The notes under the pieces were generated by a model, which made no database searches, was not told the DNA's origin, and saw only the letters and a list, made by a program, of their open reading frames with translations. A stretch of DNA of 64,000 nucleotides from Macrostomum lignano (taxonomy: Eukaryota): assembly GCA_002269645.1 (NCBI GenBank), contig NIVC01000293.1, positions 248,001 through 312,000 on the forward strand. The letters run 5' to 3'. Of the stretch, positions 1 to 13,151 are shown one piece after another; position 1 is the first letter of the stretch; each line of letters opens with the position of its first letter. The translations under genes were made by a program, and so were the position numbers.

Positions 1-370
1 AAGTTTTTTCCTGCCAAGGTTTGCTAGCAATGCTTTTATCTTGCAGTGCATTTAGCCATGTAGCAAATCTTGATAGGCAATTTGCTCATGGGCAATATGT
101 ATTGTAGGCAAATCTTAGTAGGCAATTTTGTTTGCAGGCTATTCTCAATTTCTCATGGACCCATATTTGAAAACAAAGAGGCTCTAGCTATATAAGAATG
201 CACTTTTTGACCTAATCTTTCCTGGCTTGACTAAAATTTTCTAGATAATAAAAAAGTAAAACTTAGAAGGAAAATTCTTCATACCTTAACTAGAAATATA
301 GCAGTCTTTGTCTAGTAGTCTTGGACCTATCACACTCACATGTGCTTGGTTGATTGGCTTTGTAAGATAC

Positions 371-1714
371 TAGGGATGTCAATTCCCTAGACTTTCTACT
401 CCCTAGGGTCCCCGGGGAATTTGAACCCTTTCCCCGGGGTTTCCCTGGGGAGGGAGTTAAATAGTAATTTGTTAATATCTATTAAAAAAATGATATTTTA
501 TACCTTTCAATGTGCTTTTACAATACTTTACTTTGTTTTCATGCTCATTCACACAATCATACTGTCATAGGAGTCAGGGCCAGGGGCAAACCAACTTCAC
601 CCAAGCCTCCGGCCAAAAGATTTCAAGGTTTTGCATCTCCCTCTAGCAGATAGTGCAAAATAATAATTTTGAACACAATGAACACAATAATTAAGTATTG
701 AAAATAGTTTTTATTTTGTAAATACTAAAAATGAAAACTTTTTTTATTATTTGTTAGTACAGTTAGGGGACTATTAGTATTAGCAGCATATATGGCTGAG
801 CAGCTATATGCCTGTAAGACCTGGACATTTAACTAGGCTAGGAATCCTTTTGTTTTATGATTACTAAGATGCATAAACTGATGCTCTGATTATATATTTA
901 TTGCGTGTAGCAGGTTGTGATATACAGCTGAAATCTACATCCAAGTCCAAGGCTGCCATACACAAGGGGGCCATAGCCCAGTGGTAGAGCAGCTGCTCTG
1001 GTATGCCAGCAACCCAGGCTTAGTTACAAGTGCAGTCACATTACTTTGGGGCTGAATTGGAATCTCAACTTGGCTCTGCTTGTGCAATTAATGGCCTTGA
1101 GAGCCAACCCCCCAAGGCGCAGTGAAGTGTACATGCCTAACGATAATATAAAGTTAGGGCCGCTGTACACTCCTTTGTGAGTGTGTGCCTGCGTACGTAT
1201 CCACGCGCTTGTATGCCTGCTCAGGGGAGTCGGCGGAATGGGCAGTAATGCCTCTCGCCGGTTGTGTGCCAATGTCGCTTAAAGTGTGCCAGGGTGCACA
1301 CAACCCCCCTGCCTCTAATAAAAAAAAGGCTGCCACACGCTTATAGAAAAATACTATAAGTTGCATGCTTAAATATGAGTCTTATTTTTTAGAAATGAAA
1401 TCTACTTAGACAAAATATTAAAACATATTATTAGTTAGAACCCTAGAATAAATTGATACTGAGTGTGACTACTTACTATAAATAGTATAATATGAAGAAT
1501 TGCTCACTCTAGAGCATTATGGACAAGCATACAAACAAATAAACCTTAGAGATTTAGTATATTTGGACTATAATATATAAATACTATAATAGTACTTTTT
1601 CTTTAATTGTTTTTTTGTCCAGGGACAGGGATCCCTGGTGGACCTCCCTAGGGTGCCTTTCTAGTGATACACCCCGGGGAGGCCAAGGAGTGCTCCCTGG
1701 GGATGATATCCCTA
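371..1714. mobile_element. Non-autonomous hAT-type element (MITE)
   Basis: Termini TAGGGATGTC (371) and GATATCCCTA (1714) are inverted repeats with CCCGGGG/CCCTAGGG subterminal motifs. The 8-bp TSD is taagatac (363-370) / caagatac (1715-1722), 1 mismatch. Confidence 0.8.
966..1327 (+). mobile_element. tRNA-derived SINE inserted in the hAT MITE
   Basis: Head GGGGGCCATAGCCCAGTGGTAGAGC is tRNA-like (A box). It ends in AATAAAAAAAA, with a ~13-15 bp TSD ggctgccatacac (951-963) / ggctgccacacgc (1328-1340). Confidence 0.8.
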
Positions 1715-4700
1715 CAAGATACATGAGTTGGCTTATCAGAGGGTCAGTGTTATTTATGAACAGATTAAAGTCTTTTTAGTATATAAAATTTAATAGTGTT
1801 ATTTATTTTATTATTTTATACTTTTTAATATGACTAGGCTTTTCTTATAGAATAATGAATGGGAATTAATTTATATAAAAATGAGAATATAGTTGCCAAA
1901 CCTGTTAGGCCCATAAAATTCTATGCTGTTATAAAAGAAACAGATCCTTGGCCAATTTTTTTGTTTTGCTACAACTGCAATCTTCAATTTTGTGCTAAAT
2001 GTAAAGAACTGACATATGGCCAGTTTCTCCCACACATTTTTTAGAGTGGAATTAAGTTTTTCTATTAAAATGTCAATAGTGTCAACAACTGTATTCTAGA
2101 TAATTAGCAACAAACTATGTTTTTAAGTAAAAATTTTTATACTGGGAGAGCAGTTTTCCTCAAACACCAACTTTATTCCAACTTTCTTAATATTTTAACA
2201 TAAGGTACCTTGTTTTCCGCAGAGATTTATCCACATAGGCCACAAATAAAATGCTGTAAATATGAAGCTTGGTTAAAAACACATGGACAATTTTGCTTAT
2301 TAGTGAGCATGGAAATGAGTATTATCTAGTTAACTCTAATTGAAAGATTTTATTTGGTTCTTTATTTAGGCCTAGCCATGCTAGAAAAAGAATGGCTTAA
2401 AGTAAAAGAATATGATCAATATGAATTTATGACACTACAAATTAGAGTCCAATTTGAATAGTAAGATTTGCGACGCCAGTTGGAGGCTATAGAAGAGTGC
2501 TCATCATTGGGGCACATAAGACTCGCAGTGAACGCCTTTCAGGTCTATAGTCACAAAACCAAGTGTCAGGTTAGTGGTCAAGTTTAGCATTTAAATGATG
2601 CTGGATCTGCCTTTATTTGCATCTTAATAATAATTACATAATAATTTATAACTAAATGTGTTGTTTCTGTGCCTGTCTATACAAAATTATAAATTCTAAT
2701 ATGCAAGCATAAATAAAAGCATAAAAGGTATAAACATGTTTTATGCAAATATATAAGAGCCTCATCTTCAAGTGACACTTGACACCAACAAGATTCTACA
2801 AACCAGTCAGATGGTTGTTCTCAAGGGTGCAGTATCCCCGAAGGCTAGGGGAATCCTTCTAAGTTTTGTGACTGGGTCAGACCACGTTTTTAGTAATAAA
2901 AATTCATCACTCTCTAGGCCCTACACATGATGCGTGACAATTTCATAGCAGGTAGTTGAAATTGTGGTGATAGGTAACTTTGAAGTGAAGTTTTAATAAT
3001 TGGGTTGATTGTGTAGCCTTTATATTTAATTTATAAGCTCAAGAGATGTAAGTTTTTATGAAAGAACCTTTACATACGAGTACATTTAAATTAAAGGTTT
3101 CTTTTTTGAATGCTCAAAAATCAATAAATATTCTTTGCTCTTTAAGCTTTACAATTCTGTGCAAGTTGTCAATGGATACAGCCTAATTGACAGTGAACAT
3201 TGCGAACGCGTCAATGCTTTGCTTCATCCATATGGCCCACAACTGAAGGAGATGCGTTTGGACAGGCACACTTTTTTCTAGCCTATATTATTAGGCATCT
3301 AAATGTGTCCCATTTCCTTAAATCTGGTAAGCATGTGTGGCAGTCGAGTGCCACTGATGAAAACTTAATGAAACAATTACGCTAAGTTGCATGTGTTGCA
3401 TTTGGGGCTGCCACTAATGAACTTTAATATTTTAGTTTCTAAATTTAATATTATTTTACGTGACTTATTGGGTGCGTTCGAGTGACTTAAAATGACTTAA
3501 ACTGCCATTTTAACGTCCTTAGTAAAACAAATGTTAAGCAGACTAAATGTAAAAATAATCTAGGTAAATGATAGTCAAATTACAATTAAGAATTAATTCA
3601 ATTTCTAAAACCGGTCTAAGATTAAAAAACCACACCTATACTTCTTCCAACTCAACCTGAACGCCTAGGCACCGTTTTAACTTCGCTCGCAATTACCACA
3701 TTTGGGTCGTTCTCAAATTCTGGGAGGAGCGAAAATTTTAACAATTTTCCGAACATTTACTATTGTTACTGCCGTATTGAAAATAATAGGACACTTTCAT
3801 CTGTGAATAAAGATAATTTTTGGGTTGAAATTTATGTTGCAAAAGTGTTTTAAGTTGTCTTGCGGTATTAGGCGATATTAGGTGATGAAAAAATTCAAAT
3901 TCAATCACTTCACCGATGTCCTAATTTTTGACACTATGATGTCTGTAGCTAAAAAAAGTTGTTCTTGTGTTGAAAATTTCTACATGACATTAAAAACGAA
4001 AGCTTATATAAAATTAATTCTATAAATTTTTCAGACATGTAAACTGCACTATAAACGATTTTATAGACGCCTAACTGTACGCCTAGCCTTCCCGGTTGTA
4101 AAGCCACTTTGTGTCACACGTAATGTATTTTTTTGGCTTATGCCTAGAATGAGTGCTTAAAATGATACATCTTGATACAGATAATTAGAAAAGCATGTCT
4201 CATTATCTTTTAAAAAAATTCGTGAAGTAGAGCACTAATTGTTGACAAAAATATTTAAAAGCAACCATACATCATATAAAACCCTATTTTGAAGCACAAG
4301 ATAAATTTCTTGTAACCACTCTAGCGTTCTGCATGGAGCACTTTCTGAGCTGAAATTTTACACAGATATCTAGTGGAGCGAAATGAGCAAATGATTTTTT
4401 TTTGTTTTTGAAAATATTTCAATTTGGCTATGTATCAGTAGTTTATTTGACAAATTTATTATATTTTTATTAAAAATCCTTGTAACCAAGCTACAGAGGA
4501 ACATGTTCAAAACTGGACCGTGAAATTTGACCTGAATGATCAGCAAACGTGTATCTCGAAATGATTTTTTTGTTTACAACAAAGACATATTTTTTTAACA
4601 TTTTATGGCCAAGTATTAAAAACAATAACAGAAAATAAACGTAACATTTCTTGGAACCAAAACAGAAACACATATATTTAAAATTTCAACTTGGAAAATA

Positions 4701-5374
4701 TATTTTAGATACTTTATACTGATAGCAAAAATGTTTTTTTTGTTTTTTTCTGAAAACTACAGATTTTTATAACACTTTATATGATACAATATCATAAAAG
4801 CATATGTTTTCCTGAAACCAATAATGGCATAAAAATATTTAAATTATGAAGCCTAAAATTTACTCCAAGTTAGTTATAAAATCTAGTAGAAAACGTACTT
4901 TTTCTTTTAGTCGTTATATTTTGTTTTTTTACCTTTAATTAATACCATATCACGATTTTACCTATTCATTTTTCTATAAAATAGACAATTGACTCCATGA
5001 AATAATTATTTGGAATCAAATTCTATTTAGAATGTAATGTAACGATATATACCGATTTTTTTCGGTATATCCGAAGATCGATTTCGGAAAAAATCGGTAC
5101 ATGTCATTATTGTACCCTTTTGACTTCCCTTGTCTATGGCCCAGACATAGTGCGGATGCTGAGTATGAAATGCGATTGTTGCCGGAATGCGCTTTGAAAG
5201 GGTTGTAGAGATAATCAATCGTCTATGGCAAATTTAGTTGCTCTCTAAATGAAAGGGTTGTAGAGATAATTAATCGTTTATGGCAAATTTAAAGGACAGT
5301 GAAGACAGCTAGCCTGGCTGCCATGAGTTAATTCTCAAGTTGATTTTGAGCTTGAATTAATTCTCCTATTCGGA

Positions 5375-5851
5375 GTGCAAATAGGAAAAGTAGCTATGAT
5401 TCGCTACGCAAACATTCCTGGCGGAGAAATATGTGGACTCTCCACGGACGAGTTGGCTTTTGTCACCCGAGAGTCGAGCACGCGCTACGTTCTGGAGATG
5501 GACAACCTGGATGCGTCGTCCAGTTCCAACGGGCTGCCTGAGCTAGGTAGCGAAGATCTGGAAATGTTGGACCGACTTGAGAGTGACTCAGTGCCGAAAT
5601 CGACCGAGACGCAACGGAAGCTTCACGTGGCAAGGTTCCGACAGTTCCTCAACGAGAAGGGGCTCTGCCAGGAGTTTGAGCGTGTTCCGGATCGATTTTT
5701 GAACGATTATCTGAGGCTTTTCTATTCATCCCTTCGAAAGCAGGATGGAACTTACTATGCGCCAAAGTCTCTCATCTGTTTTCGTGCGGCTATTCAACGC
5801 CACATTCGTCTGAAATCCGGCAACAATCGAAAAAAGCCGACAAACAATTAA
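5375..5851 (+). pseudogene. Truncated Crypton/tyrosine-recombinase-like (DUF3504/KCTD1-QRICH1-type N-terminal) fragment
   Basis: Translation ...SVPKSTETQRKLHVARFRQFL...LNDYLRLFYSSLRKQDGTYYAPKSLICFRAAIQRHI resembles the Crypton core-binding domain. It stops before the catalytic region. Confidence 0.65.
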
Positions 5852-6055
5852 ATTGTTACCGCAAGTATGAATGCCGGAAACCATAGACAAAAGGGAACAA
5901 TATGACATTAATCCACATATTTCTGTTACCAAAATAAAAAGGTTACCAACAAGTAAAAGTTCACGAACATGAAAAGGATAGGAGAAATCTTAATCATTGG
6001 GTATTTGGGTGAAAACCCTAGCTATAAAAAGTAAAAACATAGTACCATAACCATA

Positions 6056-8155
6056 ATGCACTTTCAGGCTCCCTTTGCTCCAAGCAAACGACAGAAGCGG
6101 CGAGAGAAGAAAGAGAGACACATTATTAAAAAATTCGGTGACCACGAGAAGTATCTTGAGCAGCAGCGCCAACAACATAATGAGAGGTATCAGAAAAGGA
6201 AGGCAGCAGAGAAAATTGAAGGTCAAGTGGGACCAGCTGTTTCAGTTGTGAGGTCAGCAGCTGCTTACAAGCGCGAAAACAACAAGTTGAAGCAAAAGAA
6301 CGCAGCTCTCACCAATCAGTTACAGTCGAGCAATAAAAGAAACGAAGCCGCAAACAGACGCAATGACACTTTGCGCAAGCAACTAAGTCGAGTAAAAAAG
6401 GAAACAGAAAAACAGAAGGTTGAACGTCGTGTTGAATCGAGTGCTGCTAGCTATCTCACTCGAAAATTTGCTGCGCTTCGGCGCTTCAAAAGCACTCGAG
6501 AGATAATTAAGTCAATTGTGCAAGATGCTGACCCCTCTGATCAGAGGGCAGTGATGAAACTAGTCGCATCTTCGCCAAAAGTATTGAGGCAGCCAAAAGC
6601 AAAACCGGCAAATAAAGTCAAAGATTCTGTTCAGAAGTTCTTCTGCCTGGATGAGAACTCCCGATTAACCTCATCAACGAAGGATTTCATTAAGAAAAGG
6701 GTTCGCACCGACGCTAAGACTGTAATTCTGCTGCAGGCGCAGAAGCGTTACCTGATGTGGCCCGTGAATGTAATATACGATAAGTTCCGCGAAGAGAACC
6801 CGGATATTAAGACACCAAGTCGGGCTACGTTTAACCGATGGAAGCCTTGGTTTGTCAAGAGACCTCGACTGAGTGACCGCGATCTCTGCATGTGCATGAC
6901 ATGCAACAACGTGGACGGGCTAGTTGCTGGCATGCACACTGCGGGTTTAGTACGCAGCCATCAAGTGAAAGACCTGCTGCAAGAGATTGTCTGCTCCGAA
7001 AATTCGCCTGCCTGCCTTACACGTCAGTGTGACTCCTGTCGAGAGCTATCACCATTGACAGACGTAGTCCATGAGAAGCCACATGTTTCTTATCGTGTTT
7101 GGCGGCCACGGTCCGATGGTAGAAGTGGTGTCGATCATCTCAGAGAGACAGCGTCATGCGAGATGGCTGTGAGTATGCTCCAACGGCAATTGAATGATTA
7201 CGCAACCCACTACATGCGCTTGTGTCATCAATTTAAGGCCATCCGCATTTTGAAGGAATCGCTGCAGCCTGGACACCTCATACTGCATATAGACTTTTCC
7301 GAGAATTTTAATGCGAAATATCACACTGAGGTGCAGGCAGCACATTTTGGTGACCAAGAGCAGGTTATCATCCATCAAGGAGTTGGCCACCTGAAAGGTT
7401 TCGACCCGTGTTCCTTTGTTACAGTCTCGGCAGAGAAGCGTAAGACGGCCGAAGCCATTGCTGCCCATCTGAAACCAGTTCTGAAGCATTTTAAGCAGGT
7501 GTATGATGCTTCAATGGGTTCTGACTGCTTTGAGGAGTTGCACCATGTAACTGTCATCTCCGACTCTCCTTCAAGTCAGTATAGGAATCGGAAAATGCTT
7601 TTCCTTTTCGACCGACTGATGAAGAGCTTCAATGTCGAGAGTTGGCGATGGCTCTACACAGAAGCCGGACACGGAAAGGGATCTGCAGACGGGGTTGGCG
7701 CCTGTGTTAAAAGCCGTTGCAACGATGTGGTGGCCGCCCGAAGAGACATCATTACTCCACAGGATGTTCTGGTTGCTGTAAGAGCCAGCCCTCCATTGCG
7801 CGTACTTAGCTGGTTAGTGGAGGAAAGCGATTTTACGGAGTTCATTGATCTTGTCAACTTTATTGGCAATGACCTCTGCGAGATGCCGGGACTAATGAAG
7901 ACGCACGATGTCTCAAGAGAGGAAGGAGGCCCAATTATCTATCGTCAGCTGTCTTGCATTTGCGAAGGTGCGACAGCAGCTTGCAAGTGCAACAATGCAA
8001 AGACGTGGATTCCATTGGTCCTTCCATCGATCGAAGATACAGCAGTAGGCCGTGGTCGTAGTCGAGGGTATAGACGAGGCCGGGCACGTGGACGAGGAAG
8101 AGGATTTGGTCGAGGATGTGGACGGCAGCCGCAGCAAGATGATCGGGAATTATAG
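6056..8155 (+). CDS. Sola2-like DDE/D transposase (699 aa, uninterrupted)
   Basis: Motifs HIDFSENF, VISDSPSSQYRN and TEAGHGKGSADGVG are present, plus a Cys-rich segment. The ORF lies between the Sola TIRs. Confidence 0.8.
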   Translation: MHFQAPFAPSKRQKRREKKERHIIKKFGDHEKYLEQQRQQHNERYQKRKAAEKIEGQVGPAVSVVRSAAAYKRENNKLKQKNAALTNQLQSSNKRNEAANRRNDTLRKQLSRVKKETEKQKVERRVESSAASYLTRKFAALRRFKSTREIIKSIVQDADPSDQRAVMKLVASSPKVLRQPKAKPANKVKDSVQKFFCLDENSRLTSSTKDFIKKRVRTDAKTVILLQAQKRYLMWPVNVIYDKFREENPDIKTPSRATFNRWKPWFVKRPRLSDRDLCMCMTCNNVDGLVAGMHTAGLVRSHQVKDLLQEIVCSENSPACLTRQCDSCRELSPLTDVVHEKPHVSYRVWRPRSDGRSGVDHLRETASCEMAVSMLQRQLNDYATHYMRLCHQFKAIRILKESLQPGHLILHIDFSENFNAKYHTEVQAAHFGDQEQVIIHQGVGHLKGFDPCSFVTVSAEKRKTAEAIAAHLKPVLKHFKQVYDASMGSDCFEELHHVTVISDSPSSQYRNRKMLFLFDRLMKSFNVESWRWLYTEAGHGKGSADGVGACVKSRCNDVVAARRDIITPQDVLVAVRASPPLRVLSWLVEESDFTEFIDLVNFIGNDLCEMPGLMKTHDVSREEGGPIIYRQLSCICEGATAACKCNNAKTWIPLVLPSIEDTAVGRGRSRGYRRGRARGRGRGFGRGCGRQPQQDDREL

Positions 8156-9149
8156 TTAAAAGTAAATAAGTAAATTTACGACTCCATTTATTATTTATTC
8201 AACTGAGATCTACCATCAGAAGAAAACACTATATGTAAGATGTATATGACCTTTTATGATAAGAACACAGCTGTACATGTAGTATATTTTGTGCCAACTT
8301 TCTTACAAACAAAATAATTTCACTTTAAATCGATGATTGTAAGAAGATGGGAAGCCTTGTAGAAGTATGTTCAGACTTGTTGTAGTCGAGTTCCTATCTC
8401 TCTAGCTCAATGGAAGATCCTGATAAAACAAGCTGAATAGTAGAAGTGTAGGACATTGTACGATCTGATATTATCAGTGTTGTATCCGCCCTTTCTTCGG
8501 CCTGTATCGGCTGATGCACTGCTTGGTTGATGTCGCAAATGGCGAAGCTAAAACAGTCATCTCAGTTAGACGGATGAATTGACCGGATACGGTCCTCTCG
8601 GCTGGAGGGTCCCTTGGGGAGCTATGTTTAATCCGGAATGGCATAACTTTCCGCTAGAAAGTTAGAATCAGAAGAAAGACTTGTGAGGATTTTTGGGCAA
8701 AATATTCCTCGTTTTTATAGCCGTCTACGAACTTTTGACTCTCTCTCTCTGATAGGCCTCCAGGAATCTGATGTCACGCATCTGTTCTAAAAATAGACAT
8801 GACCCAGGGAAAAAAATGAGGATTTGGAGGGGTGGGGTGTTCAGGTAGAGTGCAGAGTGACATCACTGTAGATAGACAGGGAGCACTGGCAGGGGAGTGA
8901 TGGGGCGAGAGAGAGGCCGAGAGGTAAGGAGCTGCGCTCTGGCCTGTCGGCGCCCAGACTGTAGTTACATCATCAGTAGTGAAAAAAGGTAGTGAAAAAG
9001 TATAATCCAGAAAAAAACGTTTTCGATATTCATAGCAATGTTTTTAAATCATTTTCTGATTGTGTAAAGATACCTAAAAGCTGTCTATAGAATGAATTCA
9101 TTATTTATTTGGATCATTTACCTATAAATGGCATCAAAACTTAAGCACA

Positions 9150-9283
9150 AAATATAACAAACATATTACATTTAGAAAAAAAGTTTGAGGAAAATCGGTC
9201 CAGCCAATTTTGCTAAAATCGATCACACACACATACACACAGACATGCAAACATATACCAACAGACCATTTTTAGTATTGGGA
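9150..9283 (-). mobile_element. 5' end of a non-autonomous Helitron-like element
   Basis: The minus strand reads A|TCCCAATACTAAAA...(gt)n...GGACCGATTTT, the same layout as the Helitron 5' end at 49473. No 3' end was found. Confidence 0.4.
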
Positions 9284-9295
9284 TAAGTTTTTTTT

Positions 9296-9700
9296 TTAAT
9301 TTTGAATACTAATTTACCATGCAATATAAATTATTTCTGAGTTCAGATTGCTAATCATGAAATGAAATATTTTGTTCATAACAAATTTGCTTATATGCAA
9401 CTGTATGCTTATATGGTTTTTTGTTTATTTGCCTTTTTTCTTCTTTCTTTTTGGTCTATTTAACCTTTAATACATATTAAAATGGCATTGGAAAGAAAAT
9501 GGCAAATGGCAAGAAAAAATGAGTTTATTAAATTTTGAATAGTAGTGCAACATGCAATATAATTTATTTCTGAGTTCAGATTGCCAATCATGAAATGAAA
9601 TATTCTGTTCATAACAAATTCACTTCTGTGCAACTGTAATGCTTATATGGTTTTTTGTTTCTTTGCCTTTCTTCTTTCTTTTTTGTCTATTTAACCTTTT
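9296..9700 (+). repeat. Imperfect ~175-bp direct duplication
   Basis: catgcaatataa...tctgagttcagattg...tatatggttttttg occurs at about 9296-9470 and 9532-9697. Confidence 0.75.
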
Positions 9701-11267
9701 TTGCATTTTGCTTTCCTGAAATAGGCTTTTAGAGTGTAATGATGGCATTATAATTACTTATGACTAGATACAAGCGTATACATCTTAAAGTCATACATAT
9801 ATAATAATAATAAAAATTGTAATTGAGGATGTCAGAACTAAAGGCATGATGCATGAAAAGATGTGTTGATGATCAATGACGATCATTGACTAAATAAGTT
9901 ATTTTGACATGAATTTGACTGCAAAATCATGAAAGAAACCAATTTCTGTCTGATAATTTCTAAATAAATGAAAATAGTAATAATCTACAATTTTTGAATA
10001 GATTTTTTTTAAATAAAAGAGAAACTACTTCTGGCGAAGAATAGAGAAAGTTATTTTTAGTATAATTAATAGAGATTTAGTATCTAGGGTAGAAATAAAT
10101 TTCATTTACATTTCGTTTATACAAAATAGAAAACTATACGATGCCTTAAGTACATCGAATCGTATCGTAAGTCCATGCCATGTGAGAACTGATCGTTATA
10201 CCCGTTTCAGTCATTACCACATGGTTGGCCTTAGACAAGCGTAGCTATGTTGAAAAAAACTGTACCATGTGTTTGAAGACGAAAGCGTGCGCTGTAAACA
10301 ATTTAATAGGAAAAACAAAACTTTTGAATTTAAAATACATAACTGCATAACATATTTTCATTTTACAACATTTAATTCAGTATTTAGTAGTTTTCTGTTA
10401 ATTTTGCACAATTTTTTTCTGTTTAGGTCTGATGTTTTTAATCGTCAACATAGCCGGTGATACAAAAAAACAAACACGGATATGAGACACCCAGAAACAT
10501 TTCTTGTGGTTCTCAACCTATTTTAGCAATCTAAATTTAAAGTGTAATAATAATTAGTAATTTAGTATTCCAACAAATAAGCTTTTTTAAATATCACTTT
10601 TTGTAGTCTTAAATTTGAGAATGACCCATTTAATCGTAATTGAATATTTTGTATTCTTCACCTTTGTTCTATCATTTGCTTTCACGTCCTTTTGCTCAGT
10701 TCGCTGCCCGTCATTATAGTCCTTGAATAATTGCTTAGTACTAATATTGTTTATTTATTAATTGTTATTACATAGTAGTTTATTTGGACTTGGAATATAG
10801 TCACTATTATTGTTGCTACTGTTATTATTTTTCTATTGGAGTTTTGTACTTTTTCAGCTTGGTTCTTATTCTTCAATATAGTATCTGAGTGAACTTCATG
10901 TTATAGTTTTGTCTTTCTATTTATTCCGTAGCTATTGTAATACCAAGGAATTATTCACTTCGGTTAAATCATATTATTTTATTGCTATCTGGCCTATTTT
11001 TTTCTTAATGAATAGTTGACTGACTTACCTTGTTTTTTATTCTTTTGCTTGTTTGAATATAGTAATTAGCTCCTTATTTATTATCTTTATTGATCACAGT
11101 CAACTTATATAAACAAAAAAAAATATTTCTTTCAAATATACCTCTGCATCAATAAGTTTCATATATTTTTTGTATTTTGTGCCAATCTCTGTAAATTTGT
11201 TTACAGTTTCTCTTGTTGCATATACTCATTTTTTGCAAGTAGTGTTAATCTGCACCGCTGGATAACA

Positions 11268-13151
11268 ATGCCTGTATTTGATGTTTTCATAGAAAATGGT
11301 GGACAATTGTGTAGGCTTCTTGTGGAGTCGACTAATTACGACACCGCCGTGCAGTATTTGGTCGGAGGTAGGCAACTTTTTGTTTCTGAAATGACTACTA
11401 TATAGATTATCTGAGTAGATGCTGCTATATAGATGCTGCCCCTTCGTACATGTAGTTGAATATATCCTGCTTGCATACACCCAGCAACTGCAACGCAAGA
11501 TAATGGATTGCTGAGGCTAACACTGAAAGATGTTGAGACAACAACTCGAATTGTCGATGTTTTTGATAACATCGATGACTCTCGCATTCCATTTGCGACT
11601 AATGAGTTTCAACGTCAAGGTACTGTTCGACTCACATCGGTTCATGTGATGTTCAGTTCATAGCATTCGCGTTACCATTTGCCAGTTTCAAATGGCAGCA
11701 TGAATTAAATGATTTCTCGTTGATCTTCTGTTTCAACTGTTTAAATATGAAATACTTGTTCTGCTCTACATATATAGCCTTATGCAAAAGAGCTACTGCG
11801 TATGTGTGCTTTGTGGACATATTGGATTGCAATCAGTGTACTTTTTTAGCATCAGTCTATCAACTAATTCAACCTTATTTTCTCAGCGCAGTGCCGAGGT
11901 CACGAAGAGCATCCGGTTTGGTCACAGTGCCATGCTCGAGAAGAGCAACCGGCCAAGTCACAAGGCAGGACGAGGAATTAATTCCGACAAAGTTGCATCA
12001 AACATGGGGACTTGCAGAGAGGGAGGCCTTTCTGAAGCTTGCCATTGAGCACAATCTAAAGCAATTGGATGGTGTTCGTCCGGCCGAAAAGTATGACACC
12101 ATAGCCCGCGAGATGCGTGAAATGGGCTTCTATCGTGAAGTCTCGCAGTTGAAGGCTCAATGGTACAATGAGAGGAACAGATTCTGGTACGCACGATCGA
12201 ATGGGGCTGCAGTTGCAGATGTAATTTAAAAAAATTGTTGCTGATAAAGTTTACTCAACTTTTGTGTTGCATTTCAATGAATAATTTCAATAGGCAGTTC
12301 AAGCATCCTCCAACTGGTCTCTCTAGAGGAGAGTGTGACTATCCATTTGCGACTATGATGGACGAATACATGGGAGATAGCCCATTGATTCGTCCGCGCG
12401 TGCTAATAGCTTCGACCTCGACATCCCTCGGCAGCACAGCCCAGAGTCAGTCATCGGAACGAGTTAACCGGTCTCCAGCTACAAAGAAAAGTGCCGGTAA
12501 GATTATTTTATCTTTGACATGAGGTTATGTGATCTATCGCTGTTTGGTCATTATTTCTGTGGGTTACATACAGATACGCAAGCAAAAATTTTTGCATTTA
12601 TAGATCCTCGCATTAGTGCATGTCGACAGTGGCAAGCTTTGCTGTCGGACGAGGAGAGAGATCACGCAAGTACAGCTCGTGTGGAACAAGGTGGTCCAAC
12701 AGCAACAGCTCCTACAGGTATACATGTAAGTTCTTGGTCAAATATTTTAATACCCTTGAAATATGGATCATGTTCATGTACACGAGAGTGCGCATTCTAT
12801 TCTAATTCGAATTTTCAGACATCTAGGAAAAGAAGGAGTGGTGCATCCGAATTGGTGCAAACCATTCGGGGGTTTCAAGATTCTACGACCACGGCGATCT
12901 TGCGTGTAACCTCTCGCGCCACAGAAGTCGAAATGTCTAACAAGGAGTTGATGTCTGGTCTACTTGACCGCATTACTCGTGTAGAGGAAACCCAGCTAGA
13001 AATTCAGCGTGAGAGAATCGCTGTAGAACGACAGCGTTTGGAAAATGAACGACACGCTTTGGAAGTGAGAGAGAAAGAGGTGGAACTGATGAATAGGCAC
13101 GGACTACTTAATTGTCGTTTATATAGGACGCGACACGCACGATTCGTGTAA
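11268..13151 (+). CDS. Harbinger accessory Myb/SANT (trihelix) DNA-binding protein with coiled-coil tail, spliced
   Basis: Exon TWGLAEREAFLKL...KYDTIAREMREMGFYREVSQLKAQWYNER. GT-AG introns occur near 12220, 12498 and 12717. The C-terminus is RKRR plus an E/R-rich coil. The 5' exons are inferred. Confidence 0.75.

Larger units (their letters stand above)
3704..10627 (+). mobile_element. Sola-type (probably Sola2) DNA transposon
   Basis: TIRs are GGGTCGTTCTCAAATT / AATTTGAGAATGACCC with a 4-bp TSD ATTT (3700-3703 / 10628-10631). It interrupts a sequence that is continuous in the opposite Harbinger TIR. Confidence 0.85.
3470..11111 (+). repeat. Left long TIR of the Harbinger (3470-3703 + 10632-11111), interrupted by the Sola2 element
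   Basis: Reverse complement of 19712-20542, with a few indels, once the Sola2 insert is removed. Confidence 0.85.

Noticed and set aside
966-1040. Functional tRNA gene
   Set aside because: The T-arm/B box is degenerate and the sequence continues into a SINE body with an A-tail and TSD.
1859-2460. Possible Polinton/adintovirus PolB remnant (CYNC...C, GTLF...YEAW)
   Set aside because: Only scattered residues match across broken frames, which cannot be supported without a profile search.
8480-8600. Hammerhead-like CTGATG...CGAA motif
   Set aside because: The core CUGANGA and GAAA are not intact and stems I and III are not evident.
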